From contig CAKKNE010000003.1 in NCBI GenBank assembly GCA_918797485.1, positions 2,294,001 to 2,358,000 of the forward strand: DNA of 64,000 bases, given 5' to 3'. Positions 9,881 to 21,800 of this stretch are shown piece after piece. Every line of letters starts with the position of its first letter. Position 1 is the first letter of the stretch. The stretch is from Pelagomonas calceolata. Its lineage: Eukaryota. Under the pieces are notes generated by a model. That model saw nothing but the letters and a program-made list of their open reading frames with translations. It was not told the DNA's origin and ran no database searches. The position numbers and the translations under genes are program-made.

Positions 9881-12800
9881 ATGGCGGACACGAAGAGCCT
9901 CCTGAAGGCCTCGCTGACGACGCGACGGGCGCGGGAGCTGGGCGATGCCGCTCATCTCGCGGGGACGTCCATGAGCGATACCAAAACGAAGGGTTTGGTC
10001 AGAGACAAGGCGAGGGCCGACGCCAAGTCCGAGCTGTTACAATCGCTCGAGACGACGCCGGTCAAGGAGATCGTCGGGCCGCTCGGCGGCTTTGTCGTTG
10101 ATCCAGAACCGTCGCCGACGGCGCCCGACATTTTACATTCTTCCGCGTTCGCGGCCACCTCTCATGTGAGAGACAAGAAAGCGAGACCGTTCGCCGGCGT
10201 CTCCACCAACAAAGCGAGACTAGCTGAGGTGGCTTCTTCGTACGTGGCACCTACCGACAGAATAGGCAAGCTCTACACGCCGACGGCCCAGCATCTAACG
10301 ATGAAAGATGCCGTACGAGTCAGCAAGTGGAAGAGCGAAGCGGAGAAGCTGGGCGCCCTGTGTGAAGATCCCTTGAGGGTCCGAGAACGCAACGCCCAGA
10401 AGAACGCCGAGACCTTGCCGGCGTGGCTCCTGCCCGACTGGGCGCAACAGACGCTCCGAGACAAGGCGCGCTCCGACAAGCTCGCTCGCAAATCTCGCAT
10501 AGCTCCTGTTGGTTATAAAGCGCAAGAGCAGGCCGCTTTATTTCTTGAGGAGACCGCGTCTCGCACAGATTATACCTCTGTGGGTAGCATTACGCAGATG
10601 GAGAGGGCTGGTGAGATAGATGCGCAGGAAGCTACTCAAAAGCGCAAAGAGCGGAAGGACGACGCTCGAGTACGTAGACGGGACGCGCGCGGCGAGACGC
10701 TCGACACCGTCGACGCCGCCGTGGGCAAGGCGCCCCTGCAGTGGGACCCGGAAAAATGGGAACCCGGAAAAGGTACGAAGAAGGCTCCTCGTGTTGTGGA
10801 GGAGTCGCCCGTCAAGCAAGCAGAGAAGTACCAAGTGTGTGTCGAGAACTACTGGGGTAGGGTTCGGACACTCACGCAGCGAGGGGCAGCTCATGCGGCG
10901 GGCGCGGGGACTCGCAGACCTATCGCTAACTTACCAGATTCTTGGTTGGGTGGCATCGCCGGAAGAGTAGCCCCGCCCGCCTCGCTGTTGAAGGAGCGAG
11001 CTCGCGTCCTGAAAGCACGTAAAGTAAGTGACACAGTGACGAGCGACGCCGTCGACGCATTGGCCGACGCGGAGCCGGAGCCCTGGTCCGTCCAGGCCGT
11101 CGAGCGGGCGGAAGCCGTCGCCGACGACGCCTTGGCCGAGACGAAGCTCGCCTTCTCCGACGGCGTGGCCCGGAGCATGGTCGAGTACGAATTGCGCGAC
11201 GGCGACGTCTGCCAGATGCACGCCATCGATCCTTCACGCTTAAAAGCGGCGCCGAAGTGGTGGACCTCCGATTTCTATAGGACGAACAAATGGGTCGTGC
11301 TGCGAGATACGGGCGTGTCTCGCCGCTCGGTGCATGTGGCCAAACATCATGCTGTGGATCGTTTACGGATTGTGGATCGGGTCATGTACGATTTACATGA
11401 AGCTTGGTTATTACCTAGAAGAGCTCGAGAACGAGCTTCTGCAGCCCGGTCGATCTCGACTTCTGTCAGTAGTCAACCTACCAAACCGCCCTTCTCGAGA
11501 GTGTTGCTGACCGATGTAGCTACCGATCAGTTCCGGAAGCGTTTACCTATGAGTCTGGATGACTTTTGCAAGCACGTCGACGGCCGGGCGAACGCGGTGC
11601 GGAACGCTCTCTCGGAAGAGTGGGTCCCGGCCTGCGCGTCGTTGCTCGCCGCTCACTTGGACGAGGGTGCTCCGCAAACCGATGACATGTCCAAGCTCGG
11701 CGAGCAGGTGAAGCAGTGGTGGGTAACGCCCTACGAGGGTCCCGATGTCTTAGATGGCTCGCTAGCCGGCGACAAGGCGGCCGACGCCTTCGACCGCTGG
11801 TTCGTGCGGACCTACGGGCCTGATGGGCTTGGGAGGCCCGACCATCGGCCCAAAGAGGCCAAACCACCGTCACCTACAAGGATGCGGGCGCAGAGATACA
11901 GAGAAGATACCGTTTTAGATTGCGCCAACATGCTCATGTCCACTCAGTTAAGATCTCTCGTGGAAGAGTCGCTGGACATGTTCGCGTCGTTCTTAGAACG
12001 GCACGACACGGACGAGACGCGTATTTCGTTGGAGGCGGCGCTCGAGCTCAAGTTGGTGGTGGCCGAGGAGGGCGTCGTCGCGCTGGAGCCCAGTCTCTCT
12101 GTATTAGAGGAGAGGCTTTGTCGGTGCATCGACCGGTGTGTCCTAGCTTCTAGGGACTTCCCCTGCGTGGACCAGGAGAATCTGCGGCCGCCGCCGGACG
12201 AAGGGCCCAAGCTCATGAGCGTTTTGGGCGACGACGAGGCGTCCGTCGCGTCGGTGGACTCGCTTGGTGCGGCGCCGGCCCCGGCACCGGCGCCGCCGCC
12301 CAAGAAGTTCCTCGGGCCCGCGACTGCATCCTTAACAGATGAAATCGTCGAGGCCATCAAGACTCGGGTGCGAGAGTGTTTGCGGAGGCGCTTCGAGACG
12401 CCGCAGTCGTTGGTGCCGAGATTTGCTGAATATAAACCTCTGGTCGATAGAACTCTATATCAGGAGGTCGTGAAATTGATCGAAGTCCACCGGAGGGACC
12501 CGGAAGATAAAGGCGACGCGGGCCGCATGGACGACATTGAGGAGGGCGCGACGGCCGATGCCATGCAAGCCTTGACCAAAAAGGCCAAAGAACTACGAAC
12601 GCTAGCTGCTTCCATACGTGCGACGACTCTGGACGTCGAAGACGCTCCCTTGTTCCGAGTGCTATGCCTCGAGTGCAAAGAGGTCCTAGCCACAAAGGCC
12701 GAGACGCTCTGTAAATTGATCAACGACGCCGTCGCGTGCGACAATCGCGACCACATGCGCGACGCTAATAGGCGCTACCAGCGTATTGCGGATAAGCTCG

Positions 12801-15800
12801 TCGAGGAGCCGACGTCGTCGGAGGAGCTCGGGCAGCTGAAGGAGTTCGCCGAAGAGGCACGCTCTCGGCGTTTTGAAGTGTTGCGGCGCCTTCACTTCAT
12901 TGTCATGAGTCGTCTCCACGAGAGAATGGTTTCTTTTCCGAGTTTGAGGCCATTCCGAGACCGCGACGCCCCGCGCAGGCCACGACGCTCCTCGAACACT
13001 TGGAGTTCGAATACCGCGAGGAGATTTATCAAAGACAGAAGTTTTTACTGGCCCAGGACCACAAGCTGAGCAAGGAGGACATGCAGCTCTGTGCGGAGAC
13101 GTACAACTGGCCGGGGGACATGGCGTCGTTCCTGAAGCGGTCCGAGGACCTGCAAAATGCTCGTACCAATCATTTGAAGGCCGTGGTCGAGGGCAAGAAC
13201 GACGCTCTTGGTCGCGATGTCGAAAGGCTCGAGAAGATGATCGAAGCATTGGCGGAAGAAAATTCCCTCGCGCCGGGGAACATTCCGACGGTCACGAAGC
13301 GCGTCAACGCTTTGAGGGACGGCTTGGAAAAGGCCACGGAGGAGTGCGAGGACATCCTCGCCCAGGAAGAAGTGCTGGAAATGGAGGGCACGGACTTCGA
13401 GGAACGCCTCAAGTGCGGATCGCGGCGTCCCTTCACGCCGTCGACGCGCGTCGTCTCTCGGAGAGGAGGCTTGAGCGCGTTTCGAGGTCGCGACGCGACG
13501 TGTCACACACAGGTCCTGCACCAAAGAATTCGGCCCCCTCGACAAGCTCTGGACCTGCGCCAAGGAGTGGGTCGAGCAGTCCCACGCCTGGCACGAGCTA
13601 CCTTTACCGCAAGTGGATGCGGAGGCGGCCGCGTCGAAAGCTGGAGAATTCGGCAGTCAGCTAGCGAGAGTCAGTAAAGTACTGGAGAAGAAGGGAGAGT
13701 CAAGAGAGAACGCCGCGCGGTGCTGCAAGCTCCTCCTCCAGGAGACGAAATCCTTCGAGGACGACGAGGCACCACTAATGCTCTTGGTCTGCGAGCCAGG
13801 AATGAAAAGTAGACACTGGGAGGAGATTAAAAGTACGACAAAACTGGAGTTTAGCGTGACGAGCGGCATGAACATGATGCAGCTCATGGACATCGGTTTG
13901 AACCACTACGTGCACCTCATCGAAGGTGCTGACTCGGCGTGAAAAATGAACTTGAACTTGATCTGGGGGAGGCGATGGCGTCTTCATGATCACCAGAGCG
14001 CCCACGCGCCTCGTGAGAGCGTCGCGGCCGTGTCGCGACAGTGTCGTTCCCACACAGACACGTGCGTCGCCGCGTCGAAGGAAGCGGCCCTCGAGAAGGC
14101 TCTGTCGAAGATGGAGCTGAACTGGGCCGACGCCGAGTTCGGCACGAAGGAGTGGCGCACCGGGCGTATTTTAGCTGGGATCGACGAAATTCAACAGGAG
14201 CTCGACGACCAGATCGTCAAGACGCAGGCCATGCACGGGAGCCGCTACGTCAAGCCCTTCCTTTCGAGGGTGGACGCCTGGGAACATACTTTGACTTCGT
14301 TGCAAGATATAATAGACAACTGGCTCAAGGTGCAAGCCGCGTGGTTGTACCTCGAACCTATATTTAGTTCGGATGATATCACGCGCCAGCTACCCACCGA
14401 GTCGTCGATGTTCACCGTCGTCAACGGCGTCTGGATCGAGTCCATGGCCGAGACGGCGCGGGAGCCTGCTGTTCTTTCTGTCGCTAGAAGAGAGGGCTTG
14501 TTAGACCAATTAACCGATGCCAACGAGAAGCTCGACGTGATCCAGAAGGGGCTGTCCGACTACCTCGAAACGAAGAGACTAGCCTTTCCCAGATTCTTCT
14601 TCCTGTCCAACGACGAGCTCCTAGAAATCCTCGCCGAGACGAAGGACCCGACAAAAGTCCAGCCCCACATGAAGAAGTGCTTCGACGGGATTGCGCACCT
14701 GGACTTTGATCCGGATTTGAACATCCTCGCGGCGTTAGATGCCCCACCTCCAAAGGGCGAGAGGTTAGAATTCACGTATGACCAGTGCGACCACAAGATG
14801 ATCAATCCCAAGGATAGCGGCGGCAACGTCGAGAAGTGGCTCGTCGAGGTCGAGACGATCATGAAGAAGTCGCTGGCGCTGTCCATCGATCTAGCGACTG
14901 ACGAGTTCTTCAAAATTGAACGGAGGCAGTGGCTCCGGAACTGGCCGGGCCAGACGATCTTGACGGTGAACCAGATCACCTGGGTCATGGCCATGGAGGC
15001 GGCGATCGAGAACGGCGGCGGGCCGGCCATCGCCGCGGTTCTGTCGCAACGAGTCGAGGAGTTGCTCGACGTTGTTGATACGGTGCGAGGCGACATCCCC
15101 AAACTACTGCGAGGTACGCTCGGCGGATTAGTTGTGATGGACGTGCACAACCGCGACATCACGGAGTGGCTGTCGAAGACTAGTATTAATACGGTCAGCG
15201 AGTTCGACTGGCAGGCGCAGCTGCGCTACTACTGGGACAACGACGGTGTTTCCTCCCAGACAGGAAAACCGGAGACGATCCCCTGCCGCATGATCAACGC
15301 CATGATCTTGTATGCCTACGAGTACATGGGCAACTGCGGGCGGTTAGTGATCACGCCCTTGACGGATAGATGTTATCGCACGCTCATGGGCGCTATTCAT
15401 CTCAACTTGGGCGGCGCGCCGGAGGGCCCGGCGGGCACGGGCAAGACGGAGACGACCAAAGACCTGGGCAAAGCCATCGCCATCCAATGTGTGGTCACGA
15501 ACTGTTCCGACGGCCTCGACTACAAGGCGATGGCCAAGTTCTTCAAGGGTCTTGCTGCTTCCGGTGCCTGGGCTTGTTTTGATGAGTTCAACCGTATTAT
15601 CTTGGAAGTGTTGTCCGTCGTGGCGCAGCAGGTCTTAACTATCCAACAGGCCAAAGCGCGCAAGGCCGAGCGGTTCATGTTCGAGGGCACGGATCTACCG
15701 TTAAGGATGACGTGCTGCCCGTTCATCACGATGAATCCCGGCTATGCGGGACGTGCGGAGTTACCCGATAACTTGAAAGTACTCTTCAGGACGGTGGCGA

Positions 15801-18800
15801 TGATGGTGCCCGACTACGCGATGATCGGCGAGATCATCCTGTACAGCATGGGCTACACCGATGCGAAAGCCATGGCCGTGAAGATCGTGACGACGTATAA
15901 ACTGTGTAGCGAGCAGCTATCGGCCCAATCGCACTACGATTATGGCATGCGCGCCGTCATCGCGGTGCTGCGCGCCTCGGGCAACCTCAAAAGATCCGAG
16001 GGCCACCTCCCGGAGGACATCTTGGTTTTAAGAGCCATCATCGACGTGAACGCGCCGAAATTCCTGGCCCCCGACGTCCCGCTCTTCAACGGCATCACGT
16101 CTGATTTATTCCCGGGCGTCGTTTTACCGGTACCAGACAGGAAGGCCATGCAAGCGAAATCGGGCGAGTCGTGCGTCGAACGAAACCTACGACTCACGGA
16201 CTACTTCTGGGGCAAGATCGTGCAGATCTACGACATGATGGTCGTGCGGCACGGCTTCATGATCGTCGGCGCTCCATTTTCTGGTAAAACCTCGGCTTAT
16301 AGGGTGCTAGCTGATGCGCTGTCGAAGCTCCACGCCGAGTACCCGAAGGACAACCGGTGGACGGACGTCGTGCCCTTTGTCATGAATCCCAAATCGGTGA
16401 CGATGGGCCAGCTCTACGGGTGCTTCGACCCCGTCTCGCACGAGTGGACGGACGGCGTGCTCGCGATTCAGTACCGGAACGCGGCGCAGTCGAAGGTCGG
16501 GAAACCGGAGGACCGGAAGTGGGTGCTGCTCGACGGGCCGGTGGACGCGATCTGGATCGAGAACATGAACACGGTGCTCGACGACAACAAGAAGCTCTGT
16601 TTGATGAGCGGCGAGATCATCGCCATGTCCGACGTCATGAGCATGATCTTCGAGCCCATGGACTTACTCGTGGCCTCGCCAGCGACAGTCTCCCGGTGCG
16701 GCATGGTCTACATGGAGCCCGAGCAGCTCGGGTTGCGGCCGCTCTGGGAGTCCTGGGTTTGTGGCTGGACGGTAGGTGGCTACTACCAGCAGAAGCACAA
16801 AGAAGATAAAGGGGACGAGCCGCCGCCCTTTGAACTCAAGGAGGAAGAACAGGTCCACCTGACTGCGTTGTACGACTGGCTCGTCGAGCCGTCCATGGCC
16901 TGTCTGAGGAGGAACTGCAAAGAAATGTCGCCGACGGGCGATGCTAATCTCCTGACGTCGTTACTAGGACTACTGAGGTGCCTATTAACGGCAGCGATCC
17001 CGGGACCCCACGACGCCGATGTGGAAGAAGGCGGCTCGCGCCAGAAGCAGCTCGAGTGCTGCTTCCTGTTCGCCTTGTTCTGGTCCACCGGATGCACGTC
17101 CGACGCCGCGGGACGAGCCAAATATTCATTATTCGTGCGCGAAGTGATGGAAAACGTCGACGTGATCGACGAAAAGTACCAAGGCGTCGCGACGGCGCTG
17201 GCCGTGCGGAAGTGGGTCAAGCCGACCTATGAGGACGCTACGCAATTCCAAGGTTCGGTCGAGTGCCCGCCGCCGGACGCGGGTGACCTGCAGGACTGGT
17301 GCTACGACCCGAGGAAGGGCGCGTGGGTCAACTGGGTCGACACGCTCGAGAAGTTCACGATCGCCGAGGACGCGGAGTTTTCGACGATCATGGTGCCGAC
17401 CGGGTACACGGCGCAGCTGTCGTACATGTGCCAAACCTTGGTAACGCACGGTCTCCGACCGTTGGTTTGCGGCCCCACGGGTACGGGTAAATCCGTCTCC
17501 GTCGTGAAATGCGTCACGTCCGACCTCGACCAGTCGAAATATAAACCGATCCAGCTCGGCTTCTCGGCCAAGACGAGTGCCCACATGACCCAGGATATTA
17601 TCGACGGCAACCTCGGGAAGAGGAGGAAGGGCATGTTCGGCCCGCCCATGGGAACCGTGGGAATCATCTTTGTGGACGACGTGAACATGCCCGAGGTCGA
17701 GACCTACGGCGCCCAGCCGCCGATTGAATTGTTGAGGCAGCTCGTCGACTGCGGCGGCTACTACGATTTGAAGGAGAAGTCCTGGGTCCGCATCGTCGAC
17801 ACGGTCATGGCCTGCGCCATGGGGCCTCCTGGTGGGGGGCGTAATGGGACTACGCCTCGCTTCCTGAGACATTTCCATCTGTTATGTGTGGATAGCTTCG
17901 ACGACGACACGCTGACACTTATCTTCTCTACTATCGTCAAGGGCTACTTCAAGCGTGGGTACTCTGGTGACGTTTCTCAGCAGGCCGGGAATGTAGTCCA
18001 AGCAACGATGCGCACGTATCGCGAGGCCATGAAGGGGCTGCTGCCGACGCCCTCGAAGTCCCACTACACGTTTAACTTGCGAGACTTCTCGCGCGTCGTC
18101 CAAGGGGTTCTATTGCAAGAACCCTCGGATCAGTTCCAGAACAAGCCGTCGGTCATGCGGCTCTGGACCCATGAAGCATTAAGAGTCTTCGGTGACCGAT
18201 TAACCGACGACACGGATCGCCAGTGGATGTGCGACCACTGTTCGGCGATGTGCAAGGAGGTTTTTAAATGTGACTTCCAGAGCGAATTCGACCACATCCG
18301 GCCGGCGGACGAGACAGAGACGGGGTATGGTACTCTACGCCGCCTCTTCTGGGGCGACTACATGACTCCCGCCGACGAGGACGAGCGGCCCTACGCCGAG
18401 GTGCCCGACCTCCAGCAACTCCAGGAGCGCACGGAGGAAGCCCTGAGCGACTTCAATTCCGCCAGTAAAAAACCGATGGAGCTCGTCATGTTCATGTTCG
18501 CCATCGAGCACGTCAGTCGCATCGCTCGCGTCCTCAGGATGCCCGGTGGTAACGCTTTATTAGTTGGTGTCGGTGGTTCGGGCAGACAAAGTCTCAGTAT
18601 CTTAGCTACGGAGATGGCCGGCTATCAACTCTTCAGAATAGAAATCACGAAGTCCTACGGCATGACGGAGTGGCGCGAAGATCTCAAAACTGTATTGATT
18701 GAAGCTGGCGCTGGTGATCGACCGTTAGTATTCTTGTTTAGCGATACGCAGATCTCGATGGAATCTTTCGTAGAGGACATAAATAACATGTTAAACGCCG

Positions 18801-21800
18801 GAGAAGTACCTAATATATTTCCCTCGGACGAGCGTGTCGCGATCTGTGAAAAAGTCCGGCCCTTCGCGAAGGAGCAGTTCGGGCGCGCCGCGGGCGACAT
18901 GTCGCCGTTGCAGCTGTATGCGTACTTCATCCAGCGGGTCAAACAGTACTTGCATATTATTCTGGCCTTCTCGCCGATTGGGTCGGCGTTTAGGGATCGC
19001 CTGCGGTTGTTCCCTTCTCTCGTAAATTGCTGTGCCATCGACTGGTTCACGGCGTGGCCGGGAGATGCCCTGTTAGCTGTGGCAGAAAAGTTCTTGAAGG
19101 AAGTGAAATTGGACGACGAGGTAAGGCCAGCGATAGTGGACATGTGCATGACCTTCCACACGAACGCCCACGACCTTGCTGCGGAGTTTTTGTCCGAACA
19201 GGGTCGGATCACGTACGTCACGCCTACGTCATACTTGGAATTGATCGTAGCATTCAAGCTAGCTCTAGCTGAGCAGCGCGAAAAGATCACGGCGGGCAAG
19301 GACCGGTACCAGAACGGCCTCAAGCAGCTCGCGGGTGCCGAGGACAACGTCGCGACGATGCAGGTCGAGCTCACGGATCTCCAACCGGTTTTAGCGGAAG
19401 CCCAGGTCGCGACCGACAAGCTCATGGAGGAGATCGAGGCGAAATTGCCCGGGGTAAGAGAGCAAGAAGAAGTGGTAGGTGCGGAGGCGGCCGTCGCGCA
19501 GAAGGAAGCGGATACGGTACAGATCGAAGTGGACTCCGTGCAGGCCGATTTGGACGAGGCGCTGCCGGCGTTAGAAAGTGCGGTCCAGGCCTTGAACACG
19601 ATCAACGACAAAGATATCGATGCGGTCCGTAAGTTGTCCAAGCCGCCCGCTACCGTAAAACTGGTGGCGGAAGGCGTCTGCGTCATGCTCGGCGAGAAGC
19701 CCGTGAAGATCCCCGACCCCGACGATAGCTCAAAGAAGATCATGGACTACTGGGCGCCCTCACAAAAAATGATGGGCGACAAGGGCTTCATCCCTCGCCT
19801 GAAAGAGTATGATAAGGACAACATCTCCCCAAAAATCATGAAGACCATAAGGACGACCTACATGCCCAACGAGAAGTTCAACGCCGAATCCGCCGCGAAG
19901 GCGTCGTCGGCGGCCGCGGGCCTCTGCAAGTGGGTCCTGGCCATGGAGTGCTACGATCGGGTGGCCAAGGTCGTCGCGCCGAAGAAGGAAGCTTTGGAGA
20001 AGACGCAGGCGGCTCTGGCCATTACGATGGGTGAGCTCAACAAGAAGAAGGCGTCGTTGAAGGTGGTCCAGGACGATTTGGCCGCTCTCCAAGCCAACTT
20101 AGCTGGAGCGGAGAAGAAGAAGAAGGACCTGTTGGACCAGGTCGATCTCTGTGGCAAGAAATTGGTCCGGGCGAAACAACTCATTGAAAGTTTGGGTGGC
20201 GAGAAGACGAAGTGGGGCATCTTCGTCGAGGAGCTCGACGCGGCCTACATCAACCTGACGGGTGACGTACTTGTATCTGCCGGTCTGATGGCCTACTTGG
20301 GGCCGTTCACCTCGACCTTCCGCATGCGCCAGATGGCGACGTGGATCGAGACCTGCAAGAAGCTGTCCATTCCCTCGTCCGAGAAGCCTACCTTGATAAA
20401 CACGCTGGGCGACCCCGTGAAGATAAGGCAATGGAACATCGAAGGGTTACCTACTGATGATTTCAGTGTAGAGAACGCCATCACGATCTTCGCGGCGCGA
20501 CGGTGGCCGCTCATGATCGACCCTCAAGGGCAAGCGAACAAGTGGATCCGCCAGATGGAGGCTCCCAATAAATTGAACGTGCTGAAGATGTCGGGCGAGT
20601 ATATGAGAAATATGGAATCAGCCATACAGTTTGGTTTTCCTGTTTTACTGGAAGACGTCGGCGAGGTCCTCGACGCGACGCTAGAGCCGCTACTCCTAAA
20701 GCAGATCTTCAAGCAAGGTGGGGTGGATTGTATCCGACTCGGCGACGCGACGATCGAATACAGCGAGATGTTCCGCTTCTACATCTGTACCAAATTGCGG
20801 AACCCGCACTACGTGCCGGAGATTAGCGTCAAGGTGACGCTGTTGAACTTCATGATCACGCCGCAGGGTCTCCAGGACCAGCTTCTTGGTGTTGTTGTCG
20901 CTCGCGAGCGAGCGGATCTCGAGGAGAAGAAGAACGAGCTCGTGCTGGAAGGCGCCGAGAACAAACGCAAGCTCAAGGAGATCGAGGATCAAATTTTAGA
21001 GATCCTGTCGGGAGAAGGCAACATCCTCGAGAACGAGACGGCCATCGTGACGCTGAATCAATCCAAGGTCACGTCCGACGACATCAAGGCCAAGCAGGCC
21101 GTCGCGGAGAAGACCGAGGTCGAGATCGACAACGTCCGGAAAGGCTATACCTCGGTCGCGTACTCGACGCAAGTCTTGTTCTTCTGCATCGCGTGCCTCG
21201 AGAACATCGAGCCCGTCTACTCCTACTCCCTAGACTGGTTCATCAACCTGTTCGTGGCGTCCATCAAAAACAGCGAACCTGCTAGTGATGTACCTACTAG
21301 ATTGGACAACTTGTACAACCACTTCATCTATTCGTTATACAAGAACATCTGTCGATCTTTATTAGAGAAGGACAAGTTACTCTTCTCCTTCGTGCTAACG
21401 ATACGTATCTTGCAAGGTAAGAATGAACTCGATGACGCCGAGTGGCTCTTTTTCCTGACGGGCGGCGTTTCTCTGGACAACAAGCACGAGAATCCCGCCG
21501 AGGACTGGTTAGCAACGAAATTATGGAACGAGATCTGTTTACTAGACGATATACCAGCCTTCAAGGGTCTCAGGGAGCACGTCGACCGGACGCCGCACCA
21601 GTGGCGGACGCTGTATGATTCGACGGATCCCCAGGAGGAGCCCTTGCCTGGTAGATGGGATAAATTAGAAGGCTTGAAGAGGTTGTGTATCTTGAGGTGT
21701 ATTAGGCCGGACAAGGTCGTGCTGGGCGTGCAGAAGTTTGTCATAGCAGCGATGGGCGAGAAGTTCGTGCGGCCGCCGCCCTTCGACCTCCAGGCGTGTT

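Noticed and set aside
9758..13942. Three separate ORFs suggesting a frameshifted dynein pseudogene or separate genes
   Set aside because: Joined in frame by three plausible introns
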